From Gemmatimonadales bacterium (GTDB taxonomy: Bacteria; Gemmatimonadota; Gemmatimonadetes; Gemmatimonadales; GWC2-71-9), in the NCBI GenBank assembly GCA_035765075.1, contig DASTYH010000036.1, forward strand, positions 1 through 43,582: a DNA stretch of 43,582 bases, in the 5' to 3' direction. The notes under the pieces are model-generated. The model did not search any database. It had not been told where the DNA came from and was given only the letters and a program-made list of their open reading frames with translations. Positions 15,184 through 24,778 of the stretch are shown here, in pieces; positions within the stretch are counted from its first letter, which is position 1; the number at the start of each line of letters is the position of its first letter. Both the position numbers and the translations under genes were made by a program.

Positions 15184-15218
15184 GTATACTGCATACCGCA
15201 TACTGATATCGCATACTG
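15184..15218 (+). promoter_or_regulatory. AT-rich heptad direct repeats (GTATACT GCATACC GCATACT gatatc GCATACT) with a TATACT -10-like hexamer, upstream of the giant glucan synthase
   Basis: Read directly: cctgtatactgcataccgcatactgatatcgcatactgg. This is the most AT-rich patch of the region and lies between the AAA+ gene stop and the glucan synthase coding sequence. Confidence 0.45.
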
Positions 15219-15413
15219 GACTGGCATCAAACCCGTTCCGAGGACGCCATCATCGCAACCGCCGCCCCCTTCCGGTTCTTCCGTACTCTCGCCGCTCGCC
15301 GGGACGACAGCCGCGATACTCTGCTGACCGGCCCGATTCGCGGCGAGCTGCTCGGCGCCGAGCGGCTGGCGGAACGGGCACAGTCGCTCGCGAAGTCCCA
15401 GCGGATCGCGCGC

Positions 15414-18400
15414 GTGGGGCGGCGCCAGACGCCGCTCCTGGCGCGGCTCGACGGCACGCGCGCCATCCTCGACAGCGCGCACCGCCGACTGCTCGAGGCC
15501 TCCGAGGCAGGCCGCGAGATCGGGCCCGCCGGTGACTGGCTCCTCGACAACTACTACGTCGTCCGCGAGCACATCGGCGAGGTCCGCGAGAGTCTCCCGC
15601 GCGGCTATTACCGGGAGCTCCCGGAGCTGGCGTCGGGTCCGCTCGCCGGCTATCCGCGAATCTACGAGCTCGCCATCACGCTCATCGCCCACACCGAGGG
15701 GCGGATCAATCTCGCCAACACGAGCGGGTTCGTGTCCGCGTTCCAGCAGGTCGCCACGCTCCGGATCGGCGAGCTCTGGGCGGTGCCGGCAATGCTCCGC
15801 CTCGGTCTCATCGAGAACGTGCGGCGGATGGCCATGCGCACGATCCAGCGGCTCGACAGTCTCGAGCTGGCCGACCGCACGGCCGCCGAGATCCTCGCGC
15901 ATGGCACCGATCCGGGCGACCTCGAGACGGCGCTCGAGCGTTTCGTGGAGAGTCCGCCGTCGCTCGATGCCGTCTTCATCTCCCGGCTGCTCAACCAGCT
16001 CCGCACCGAGGGCGGAGCGAGCCCGCTCCTCGTGCGCCTCGAGCACTGGATTGCCGACGAGGCGTTCAGCGCCGACGAGGCCACCACCCGCGCGACGCAG
16101 CGCCTTGCGCTCACGCAGATCGGGATGGCGAACAGCATCACCAGTCTGCGTGCCATCGGGCGCATGGACTGGCGGAGCTTCGTGGAAGCGGAGAGCCGGC
16201 TCGAGGCCATGCTGCGGGAGGATCCGTCGGGGGACTACCCCGCGATGACGTTCGCCACCCGCGACTGGTACCGCCACGTGGTGGAGCGGATCGCGCGCCG
16301 CACCGATCGCGACGAGGTCGCCGTCGCCGAGGCCGCGGTGGGGCTCGCCCGGGGCTGGAAATCGGCGCGGCCGGACGAGCCGCGCATGGCGCACGTCGGC
16401 TATTACCTGATCGACGACGGCCTCGCCGAGCTGGAGGCGCTCACCCGCTACCGCCCGCAGGTCGGGGAGCTCGTCTATCGCTGGGTCCACCGCCACCCCG
16501 ACCTCGTCTTCGTGGGAGGACTCGTCCTCGCCACGGCCGTCGCGCTCCTGGCGCTCCTCTGGCTGGGGGGTGCGCCGGTGCGCGTCGAATGGGTCGCCCT
16601 CCTCATTCTCGGCTTCATTCCGGCCAACAACATTGCGGTGAGCGTGGTGAACCAGCTCGTCACCGCATTCCTGACCCCCCGGCTCCTCCCCAAGCTCGAT
16701 CTCTCCGAGCACGGCGTTCCCCCCGAGCACCGCACCGCGGTGGTGGTGCCGACCCTCCTCGGAAGTATCGAAGGGGTGGAGGAGGCGCTCGAGCATCTCG
16801 AGGTCCAGTTCCTCGCCAATCGCGAGGCGCACTTTCACTTCGCGCTCCTCAGCGACTTCACCGACGCGCCCTCGGAGTCCCTTCCTGAGGATGGGCCGAT
16901 CCTCGAGGCCGCGAGCGAGGGAATCCGCGAGCTCAACGAGCGCTATGCCCCCGACACGCGGGACGCCTTCTTCCTCTTCCATCGGCCGCGCCGCTGGAAC
17001 CCGCGCGAGGGCGCCTGGATGGGCTGGGAGCGGAAGCGGGGGAAACTCGCCGAGTTCAATCGCTTCCTGCTGAAGGGGGATGCCGCGGCGTTCATGGCCG
17101 TCGAGGGAGACGCGGCGCGCCTTCGCGGCGTTCGCTACGTCATCACCCTCGACTCGGATACCGTCCTCCCGCCGGGGGCCGGCGCGCAGCTGGTCGGCGC
17201 GCTCGCGCATCCGCTCAATCGCGCCGTCTATGATCCGCGGACCGGCCGCGTGGTCCGCGGTTACGGGATCATCCAGCCGCGCGTGGGCGTCTCACTGCCG
17301 AGCGCCAACCGGTCCCGCTTCGCCTCGATTCACTCCGGGCATCCCGGCGTGGACCCGTACACGGTTGCCGTCTCGGACGTCTATCAGGACCTGTACGGGG
17401 AGGGGATCTTCACCGGGAAGGGCGCGTACGACGTCGCCGCGTTCGAGCAGGCCACGGGCGGGCGCTTCCCGGAGAACACCCTCCTCTCGCACGACCTGAT
17501 CGAGGGGAACTACGCGCGCGCGGGCCTCGCCACCGATGTCCTGGTGTACGACGACTACCCGGCGCGCTACCTCACCTATTCGCGGCGGCGCCACCGCTGG
17601 ACCCGCGGGGACTGGCAGCTGCTGCCCTGGCTCACGCCCCGGGTCCCCTCCGTCACCGGCTGGGAGCCGAACCGGCTGTCGCTCCTCTCGCGCTGGAAGA
17701 TCGGCGACAATCTGCGGCGGAGCGTCGTGGAGATCGCGCAGCTCCTCTTCTTCCTCGTCGGGTGGGTCTTCCTCGACGTCTCGGCGCTCCGCTGGACCCT
17801 GCTCGGGATCGGGGCCGTGGCCGCCCCCTGGATCGTCGCCCTCCTCCTGGCGCTCGTCCGTCCTCCGCTCGACAAGTCGTGGCGCGCGTATTACGGCGCG
17901 GTCGGCCGGGACCTGGTGACCAGCGCCCAGCAGCTGGGCCTGGCGCTCACCTTCCTGCCGCACCAGGCGTGGGTGGCGGGCGATGCCATCGTGCGCGCGG
18001 TCTGGCGCATGGCCGTTTCCCGCCGGCACCTCCTCGAGTGGCAGCCCGCGATCCAGACGGAGCGGAAGACCGAGGATTCGATCCCCTTCATCTGGCGCAC
18101 GATGTGGCCCGCCACCGCGGTGGCGATGATCGCCCTCGCCGTGCTTGCGTGGCGACTGCTGGGGGGCGGGCCGGACGGCCCGGCGGCGGTGACCGCGATG
18201 GGCATCCTCCCGCTGGTGCTGCTCTGGGCGGTCTCCCCCGCGCTCGCGTATGCCCTCGACGGGCCCGCCGTGCCGGCCGAATACGACCTCCCCGACGAGG
18301 CCCGGGAGCAGGCCTGCCGCTATGCGCTGCTGCACTGGCGCTATTTCGAGGAGTTCGTCACCGACGAGACGAACTGGCTCGCGCCCGACAACTTCCAGGA

Positions 18401-21400
18401 GGATCCGGCGCCGGTCGTGGCACTCCGGACATCGCCGACCAACATCGGACTCCAGCTCCTCGCCACGGTCAGCGCAGCCGATCTCGGCTTCATCCCCATC
18501 GAGTCGGCGGCCGAACGACTGGAGCGGGCATTCCGCTCCCTCGAGCGGATGCGCCGCCACCGCGGTCATTTCTACAACTGGTACGACCTCCGCACCCTCA
18601 CCGTGCTCGAGCCGGCGTACATCTCGACGGTGGACAGCGGCAACCTGGCCGGGCACCTGATCGCGCTCCGGCAGGCGTGCCTCGAGCTGATCGACGCTCC
18701 TGTCTCCGACGGGCAGGCGCTCCGCGCCGTGGCGACGGCACTCGCGATCGCCGAGCGAAGCGACCGGGTGGGCCTCGCCGCGGTGGAGGCCGAGCTTCGC
18801 GCCGCGCACAAGGCGCTCGCATCGGCCCGCATCGGACCCGCTGACGCCGCGGCGGTTGCGGCGGTCGCCGAACCGCTCCGCCGGGCCGAGGCGACGCTGG
18901 CCGGGGCCGGCTCGGATGCCGCGCCGTGGCTCGCGTGGGCGATTCGCCGGCTCCAGACGCTGGGCCGCGCGCCCAGTGCCGAGCTCGGTGCGCGGCTCGA
19001 GGCGATCGCCGAGCGCGCCTTCAGCTACGCGATGGAAATGGATTTCCGCTTCCTCTTCGACCGGGAGCGCAAGCTCTTCGCCATCGGGTTCCAGCAGACG
19101 AGCCACACACTCGACTCGTCGTACTACGACCTGCTCGCCTCCGAGGCGCGGCTCGCCAGCTTCATCGCCATCGCCAAGAACGACGTTCCGGTCGAGCACT
19201 GGTTCCGGCTGGGCCGGACGCTCACGCGCGCGAGCGGCTCTCCGGCGCTGGTGTCCTGGAGCGGCAGCATGTTCGAGTATCTGATGCCGCTGCTGATCAT
19301 GCGTTCCTTCCCCTTCACGGTCCTGGCCCAGACGTACGCGGGAGCGGTGCAGCGACACATCGCGTACGGCGCCGAGCGCAGCGTGCCGTGGGGCACGAGC
19401 GAGAGCGCGTACAATCTCCGCGATCGGCTCTACACCTATCAGTACCGCGCGTTCGGCGTTCCCGACCTCGCGCTCAAGCGGGGCCTCGGACGGGAAGTCG
19501 TGATCGCCCCCTATGCCTCGCTCCTCGCGGCCCTGGTCGAGGCGCGGCGATCGCTCGCCAACCTCACGCTCCTCGAAGCCCTCGGGGCACTCGGGCCCTA
19601 CGGCTTCCGCGAGGCGATCGACTATACCCGGCCCGAGCCGGGCGAGCGCTTGGCGATCGTGCGCGCCTTCATGGCGCACCACGTCGGCATGAGCCTCGTG
19701 GCGCTCACCAACCTCCTGGCCGGCAAGGTCTGGCAGCGGCGGTTCCATGCCGATCCGCTGGTCCGGGCCACCGAGCTCCTGCTGCACGAGCGCATTCCGC
19801 GCCGGCTCGTCATCCAGCGGGCGCAGGGCGGGCGGCTCGAAGAGGCGCTCCCGGAGGCGGAGACGGAGCGCCCCTCGGTGCGCGAGCTCGATCTCACGGC
19901 GACGCCGCAGCCGCACGTGGCCCTCCTGGGCCAGCTGCCCTATACCATCATGGTGAGTCACTCGGGCGGCGGGTACAGCCGCTATGGCGACCTCGCGGTG
20001 ACCCGCTGGCGCTCCGACGGCACGCGGGACGCCACGGGCCAGTTCTGCTATCTCAAGGACCTCAAGACCGGTCGCGTCTGGTCGGCGGCCCAGCAGCCGG
20101 TCTGCGGCTCGCCGGACTGGTATCGCGCCTATCTCGCCGCCGATCGCGTCACCTTCCACCGGGTGGACGGCGGGATCGAGACCAGGACGGAGATCGCCGT
20201 GGTGCCCGACGACTCGGCCGAGGTACGGCGCGTGGTCGTGACCAACAACACGGACGAGGCGCGGGAGATCGAGCTCACGAGCTACGCCGAGATCGTGCTG
20301 GCGCCGGCCGAGTCGGATCGCGCCCATCCCGCCTTCGGGAACCTGTTCGTCGAGACCGAGTTCCATGAGTGGTGCAGCGCGATCACGGCGACGCGGCGCC
20401 CCCGCTCGGGGAAGGAGGCGGCGATCTGGGGGGTGCACGTCGTGTCCACGAGCCGGGATGCAGCGGGACCGGTGAGCTTCGAGACCGACCGCGCCCAGTT
20501 CCTCGGCCGGGGGCGAAGCCCCGCCGATCCGGTGGTGCTCGACCGGGACGGGCCCCTTCCCGGCGGCGCGGGCGCGGTGCTCGACCCGGTATTTGCGCTC
20601 CGGGTCCGGCTCCGGCTCGCGCCGGGGCAGTCGAGGTCGGCGGCGTTCACCACGTTCGTGGCGACGAGCCGCGAGCGGGCGTTCGAGATCGCCGATCGAT
20701 ACCACGATCCGCACAACGCCCAGCGGGCCCTCGATCTCGCCTGGACCTCCACGCAGATCGAGCTGCGCGAGCTCGGCGTGGCTCCCCCGGATGCCGCCGT
20801 CTTCCAGGAGCTCGCCGGCGATCTCCTCTTCGGCAACCACGCCTTCCGCGCCGATCAGAGCGATCTGCGGAAGAACCGCGGCTCGCTGCCGCTGCTCTGG
20901 GCCAACGGGCTCTCGGGCGACTGGCCCATCCTCCTGGCCACGATCGACTCGGCCGACGGCCTGCCGACGCTCCGCCAGCTCCTTGCCGCCCACCGCTACT
21001 GGCGGCGGCGCGGATTGACGGTGGACCTCGTCGTCCTCAAGACCCAGCCCTCCCAGTACCTCGGGGATCTCACCGAGCGGATCACCGCCGCGATCCACGC
21101 CGCGGGAGAGACCGCGATCTTCGACCGCCCGGGTGGCGTCTTCGTGCGCCAGGCCGATCAGCTCGGGGCCGACGAGCTGCTGATGCTCCGTGCCACCGCG
21201 CGCGTGCACATTGCGTGTGACGGCCGCGCACTGGGCCGCATCCTGGAGAAGACCACCGCGGACGAAGCGGGCGGGGAGGACGAGGAGGCCGTCGCGCCCC
21301 GGGGGCCGGAGCGGAGCCAGTCGCGCGTGGCGCGGGCCGTCCGGCGGATCGGCGCCACCATCCCCGCGCTGCTCGCGCCGGGCACGCCCACGGCCTCTCC

Positions 21401-23837
21401 ACCCCGCCCGCCACGGCTGCACGAAGACGGCGCCCCACCGCCGGCGGCGTTCGACAACGGATACGGCAGGCTCGCCGACGCGAGCTACGAGATCCGCGTC
21501 CAGGGACACCGGGTCCCCCCGGCGCCGTGGATCAACGTGGTGGCCAATCGGCACGGGGGCTTCATCGTCTCCGAGCGGGGGGGCGGCTGCACCTGGGCGG
21601 AGAACAGTGTCTTCTATCGCCTCACGCCCTGGCACAACGACCCGGTAAGCGACCCGGTCACGGATGCGATCTATCTCCAGGACCTGGACGGCGATCAGGT
21701 CTGGTGCGCGACGCCGGCACCGATCGTCACCGATGCGCCCTTCACGGTGCATCACGCCCGCGGCTATTCCTCGTTCGAGGCGGAGCAGCACGGCATCAGG
21801 ACCCACCTCACGCTGGGCATGGCGGACGACGCCGCGCTCCGGATCTCCCTGCTCCGCGTCCGGAACGAGGACTCCGCGCCCCGCCGGATCGCCGTGACGA
21901 GCTATCTCGAATGGACCCTGGGCATGCTCCGGGAGCACACGCAGCACCAGGTGTGCACCAGCTTCGAGGCGGCGCAGAACGCGATCTACGCCCGCAATAC
22001 GTATGACCCGCACTTCGCCGGGTGGGTTGCGTTCCATGCCATCGGCGCACCCGTCACGAACTACACCGCGAGTCGCCGGGACTTCCTCGGCCGCTGCGGA
22101 ATGAGCGCCGCCCCTGCCGCGCTCGCTTCGGAGGCGGGATTCGGCGGCCGGACCGGGGTCGGCCGTGACCCGTGCGCGGCGCTCCAGTGCGTGCTCGAGC
22201 TGGATCCCGGTGAAACGCGCGAGATCGTCCTCCTGCTCGGCGCGGCGCCGAGCGAGCAAGAGAGCCGTCGCCTGGTCACGGGGTATCTCGACCGCCGGCA
22301 TGCACGCGGCTCGCTCGACCGCTCGATCGAGGGGTGGACGTCGCGGCTGGCGGTGATCCAGGTGAAGACGCCCGAGCCGACGTTCGATGCGATGCTCAAC
22401 GGGTGGGCGCTGTACCAGGCGCTCTCGTCGCGGATGTGGGGCCGCACCGCGCTCTACCAGAGCAGCGGCGCCTACGGCTTCCGCGACCAGCTCCAGGACA
22501 CGATGGCGTTCGTGTACGCGGAGCCGGCCATCGCACGGGAGCACATCGTCCGCGCGTCATCGCGCCAGTTCGTCGAGGGCGACGTCCAGCACTGGTGGCA
22601 CCCCCATACGGGGCGCGGCGTCCGGACCCGGTTCTCGGACGATCTCGTCTGGCTGCCGTTCGTGGTGGACCACTACATCGCCGTCACCGGAGACGCCTCG
22701 GTGCTCGATGAGGTCACGCCGTACCTCACGATGCGCCCGCTCGAGCCGGAGGAGCACGAGGTCTACGACCTGCCCGAGGTCTCGGACGAGCAGGGAACGG
22801 TCTACGACCACTGCCTGAGGGCGCTCCGCCGCGCCGCCACCACCGGCGCGCACGGCCTCCCGCTCATCGGCACCGGCGACTGGAACGATGGCATGAACCG
22901 CGTCGGCGTCGAGGGCCGGGGGGAGAGCGTCTGGCTCGCCTGGTTCCTGATCACGACGCTGCGCGGGTTTGCCGCCCGAGCGGAGGCGCGGGGCGATGCG
23001 GCGGTGGCGGCGGAATGCCGCCAGAAGGCCGATGCCTACGTGGCCGCCGTCGAGGCGAGCGCATGGGACGGCGAGTGGTACCGGCGCGCCTACTTCGATG
23101 ACGGCACGCCGCTCGGCTCGAGCGAGAACGAGGAATGCCGGATCGATTCGATCGCGCAGAGCTGGAGCGTCATCTCCGGCGCAGGCGACCCGGCCCGGCA
23201 GCGGCAGGCCATGGCGTCACTCGAGCGCTATCTCGTGCGGAACGATGCGCGGCTGCTCATGCTCCTCACGCCGGCCTTCGACCGGATGCCGCACGATCCC
23301 GGTTACATCAAGGGCTACCTCCCCGGCGTGCGCGAGAATGGCGCGCAGTATACGCATGCCGCGCTCTGGGCAGTCCTGGCCACCGCCCTGCAGGGCGATG
23401 CCGATCGCGCCCTCGAGCTCTACCAGATGATCAATCCGCTGACCCACGCCCGCACCCCGGAGGAGGTGGCGGTGTACAAGGTCGAGCCGTACGTCGTGGC
23501 GGCGGATGTCTACACCGCCGAGGGCCACGTGGGCCGCGGCGGGTGGACCTGGTACACGGGATCGGCGAGCTGGATGTACCGCGTGGGGCTGGAGGGAATC
23601 CTCGGCTTCAGCCGCCGCGGTGACCGGCTCCGGATCGAGCCGCGCGCCCCGACCGCCTGGCGGGAATACGCCATTGCATACCGGCACGGCGGCAGCTCGT
23701 ACGACATCGAGGTTCACGCCGAGCCGGGGCGTCGCGACGTGGCGGCAGAGCTCGACGGAGCGGCGCTGCCGGACGGGGAGATTCCGCTCGTCGATGACGG
23801 GAAGCGGCATCGCGTCGTCGTCCGGCGGCCGGGGTAG
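15414..23837 (+). CDS. cyclic beta-1,2-glucan synthase (NdvB/Cgs-like: GT84 glycosyltransferase, central (alpha/alpha)6 cyclisation-type region, GH94 phosphorylase-like domain)
   Basis: 2807-aa ORF. GT-A DxD in VITLDSDTVLPPGA. RRRHRWTRGDWQLLPW motif. Several TM helices. Central HFYNWYD and VDSGNLAGHL. C-terminal GH94 signatures GTGDWNDGMN and VRENGAQYTHAALW. GTG 15414 is the first canonical start, but coding appears to extend upstream (see findings). Confidence 0.93.
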   Translation: MGRRQTPLLARLDGTRAILDSAHRRLLEASEAGREIGPAGDWLLDNYYVVREHIGEVRESLPRGYYRELPELASGPLAGYPRIYELAITLIAHTEGRINLANTSGFVSAFQQVATLRIGELWAVPAMLRLGLIENVRRMAMRTIQRLDSLELADRTAAEILAHGTDPGDLETALERFVESPPSLDAVFISRLLNQLRTEGGASPLLVRLEHWIADEAFSADEATTRATQRLALTQIGMANSITSLRAIGRMDWRSFVEAESRLEAMLREDPSGDYPAMTFATRDWYRHVVERIARRTDRDEVAVAEAAVGLARGWKSARPDEPRMAHVGYYLIDDGLAELEALTRYRPQVGELVYRWVHRHPDLVFVGGLVLATAVALLALLWLGGAPVRVEWVALLILGFIPANNIAVSVVNQLVTAFLTPRLLPKLDLSEHGVPPEHRTAVVVPTLLGSIEGVEEALEHLEVQFLANREAHFHFALLSDFTDAPSESLPEDGPILEAASEGIRELNERYAPDTRDAFFLFHRPRRWNPREGAWMGWERKRGKLAEFNRFLLKGDAAAFMAVEGDAARLRGVRYVITLDSDTVLPPGAGAQLVGALAHPLNRAVYDPRTGRVVRGYGIIQPRVGVSLPSANRSRFASIHSGHPGVDPYTVAVSDVYQDLYGEGIFTGKGAYDVAAFEQATGGRFPENTLLSHDLIEGNYARAGLATDVLVYDDYPARYLTYSRRRHRWTRGDWQLLPWLTPRVPSVTGWEPNRLSLLSRWKIGDNLRRSVVEIAQLLFFLVGWVFLDVSALRWTLLGIGAVAAPWIVALLLALVRPPLDKSWRAYYGAVGRDLVTSAQQLGLALTFLPHQAWVAGDAIVRAVWRMAVSRRHLLEWQPAIQTERKTEDSIPFIWRTMWPATAVAMIALAVLAWRLLGGGPDGPAAVTAMGILPLVLLWAVSPALAYALDGPAVPAEYDLPDEAREQACRYALLHWRYFEEFVTDETNWLAPDNFQEDPAPVVALRTSPTNIGLQLLATVSAADLGFIPIESAAERLERAFRSLERMRRHRGHFYNWYDLRTLTVLEPAYISTVDSGNLAGHLIALRQACLELIDAPVSDGQALRAVATALAIAERSDRVGLAAVEAELRAAHKALASARIGPADAAAVAAVAEPLRRAEATLAGAGSDAAPWLAWAIRRLQTLGRAPSAELGARLEAIAERAFSYAMEMDFRFLFDRERKLFAIGFQQTSHTLDSSYYDLLASEARLASFIAIAKNDVPVEHWFRLGRTLTRASGSPALVSWSGSMFEYLMPLLIMRSFPFTVLAQTYAGAVQRHIAYGAERSVPWGTSESAYNLRDRLYTYQYRAFGVPDLALKRGLGREVVIAPYASLLAALVEARRSLANLTLLEALGALGPYGFREAIDYTRPEPGERLAIVRAFMAHHVGMSLVALTNLLAGKVWQRRFHADPLVRATELLLHERIPRRLVIQRAQGGRLEEALPEAETERPSVRELDLTATPQPHVALLGQLPYTIMVSHSGGGYSRYGDLAVTRWRSDGTRDATGQFCYLKDLKTGRVWSAAQQPVCGSPDWYRAYLAADRVTFHRVDGGIETRTEIAVVPDDSAEVRRVVVTNNTDEAREIELTSYAEIVLAPAESDRAHPAFGNLFVETEFHEWCSAITATRRPRSGKEAAIWGVHVVSTSRDAAGPVSFETDRAQFLGRGRSPADPVVLDRDGPLPGGAGAVLDPVFALRVRLRLAPGQSRSAAFTTFVATSRERAFEIADRYHDPHNAQRALDLAWTSTQIELRELGVAPPDAAVFQELAGDLLFGNHAFRADQSDLRKNRGSLPLLWANGLSGDWPILLATIDSADGLPTLRQLLAAHRYWRRRGLTVDLVVLKTQPSQYLGDLTERITAAIHAAGETAIFDRPGGVFVRQADQLGADELLMLRATARVHIACDGRALGRILEKTTADEAGGEDEEAVAPRGPERSQSRVARAVRRIGATIPALLAPGTPTASPPRPPRLHEDGAPPPAAFDNGYGRLADASYEIRVQGHRVPPAPWINVVANRHGGFIVSERGGGCTWAENSVFYRLTPWHNDPVSDPVTDAIYLQDLDGDQVWCATPAPIVTDAPFTVHHARGYSSFEAEQHGIRTHLTLGMADDAALRISLLRVRNEDSAPRRIAVTSYLEWTLGMLREHTQHQVCTSFEAAQNAIYARNTYDPHFAGWVAFHAIGAPVTNYTASRRDFLGRCGMSAAPAALASEAGFGGRTGVGRDPCAALQCVLELDPGETREIVLLLGAAPSEQESRRLVTGYLDRRHARGSLDRSIEGWTSRLAVIQVKTPEPTFDAMLNGWALYQALSSRMWGRTALYQSSGAYGFRDQLQDTMAFVYAEPAIAREHIVRASSRQFVEGDVQHWWHPHTGRGVRTRFSDDLVWLPFVVDHYIAVTGDASVLDEVTPYLTMRPLEPEEHEVYDLPEVSDEQGTVYDHCLRALRRAATTGAHGLPLIGTGDWNDGMNRVGVEGRGESVWLAWFLITTLRGFAARAEARGDAAVAAECRQKADAYVAAVEASAWDGEWYRRAYFDDGTPLGSSENEECRIDSIAQSWSVISGAGDPARQRQAMASLERYLVRNDARLLMLLTPAFDRMPHDPGYIKGYLPGVRENGAQYTHAALWAVLATALQGDADRALELYQMINPLTHARTPEEVAVYKVEPYVVAADVYTAEGHVGRGGWTWYTGSASWMYRVGLEGILGFSRRGDRLRIEPRAPTAWREYAIAYRHGGSSYDIEVHAEPGRRDVAAELDGAALPDGEIPLVDDGKRHRVVVRRPG

Positions 23838-23853
23838 GCGGGCGCCCTCGCCG

Positions 23854-24474
23854 CTAGGAACTGCTCCGCCGGTGCGCGAGGCGGAGGAATTCGCCCCGCG
23901 TCATCGGACAGCTCCGGAATTCCCCCCGGAGCGCGCTCGTGATCGTCCGCGAGTTCTGCTTCTCCACGCCGCGCATCATCAGGCAGAGGTGCGACGCTTC
24001 GATGACGACGCCCACCCCGCGCGGCGCGAGCGTCTCCTCGATGGCGTCCGCGATCTGCTCGGTGAGACGTTCCTGAACCTGGAGGCGCCGCGCAAAGACC
24101 TCGACGATCCGGGGGAGCTTCGAGAGGCCCACGATCCGGCCGTCCGGCACGTAGGCGATGTGGGCCCGCCCGAAGAAGGGGAGCATGTGGTGCTCGCAGA
24201 GCGAGTACAGCTCGATGTCCCGCACCATCACCATGCTCTCGTGCGCCTCGGTGAACACCGCGTCGCCGACCACGTCGGCCACGTCCATCTCGTAGCCGCG
24301 CGTGAGCCAGGCGAGTGCGCGCGCCACCCGCTCCGGAGTCCGCCGAAGGCCTTCGCGCGCCGGATCCTCGCCCAGCAGCTCGAGCTGGTGACGCACGAGC
24401 CCTTCGAACTCCGCCTGCGGCGAGGACCGGAGGCGCTCGTGCGCGGCGAGCATTACGGTTTCAGCGGCCGTCAT
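23854..24474 (-). CDS. folE: GTP cyclohydrolase I
   Basis: [29 protein letters not shown] and [14 protein letters not shown] motifs. Confidence 0.94.
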   Translation of the reverse strand: MTAAETVMLAAHERLRSSPQAEFEGLVRHQLELLGEDPAREGLRRTPERVARALAWLTRGYEMDVADVVGDAVFTEAHESMVMVRDIELYSLCEHHMLPFFGRAHIAYVPDGRIVGLSKLPRIVEVFARRLQVQERLTEQIADAIEETLAPRGVGVVIEASHLCLMMRGVEKQNSRTITSALRGEFRSCPMTRGEFLRLAHRRSSS

Positions 24475-24778
24475 ATTCCGCCGACTGGTCGGGCGTCTCC
24501 CAGAGCCTGAGCCGGGTGAGCGTGGCCGGCGCGAGGCGCGGGGCGAGCTCGCCCCAGATGGCCACCACGAGCCGCTCGGCGGAAGGCGGGGTGACCCGCC
24601 CTCCGCCGATGACCTCCGCGAGGACCGACCTTGCCTCCCGCGCGATCAGGTCGAAATCGATGACGCAGCCGGTCCGCTCGTCCACGGGACCGGTCACCGA
24701 CGCCTCCAGCGCGTAGGTGAGCCGGCGCCCGTGATTCGTCGCCTCGAAGGTGACCCGGCGAATGGCCGTGACGCTCAC
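24461..24778 (-). CDS. short PTPS/QueD-like T-fold protein lacking the usual zinc/His and Cys motifs
   Basis: [39 protein letters not shown] aligns by eye with the QueD pattern FEAAHRL....HGH.....V.G..D..TG.V.DF..L, but the His-rich loop is missing. GTG 24778 overlaps the upstream TGA. 14-nt overlap with folE. Confidence 0.6.
   Translation of the reverse strand: MSVTAIRRVTFEATNHGRRLTYALEASVTGPVDERTGCVIDFDLIAREARSVLAEVIGGGRVTPPSAERLVVAIWGELAPRLAPATLTRLRLWETPDQSAEYDGR

Noticed and set aside
15135-22544. Very long minus-strand ORFs 15135..17210 (691 aa) and 17292..22544 (1750 aa).
   Set aside because: They are antisense to the cyclic glucan synthase, which has clear GT84 and GH94 motifs. The antisense products are Arg/Gly/Pro/Glu-rich with no motifs. 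The absence of stops is explained by GC3 bias of the sense gene.
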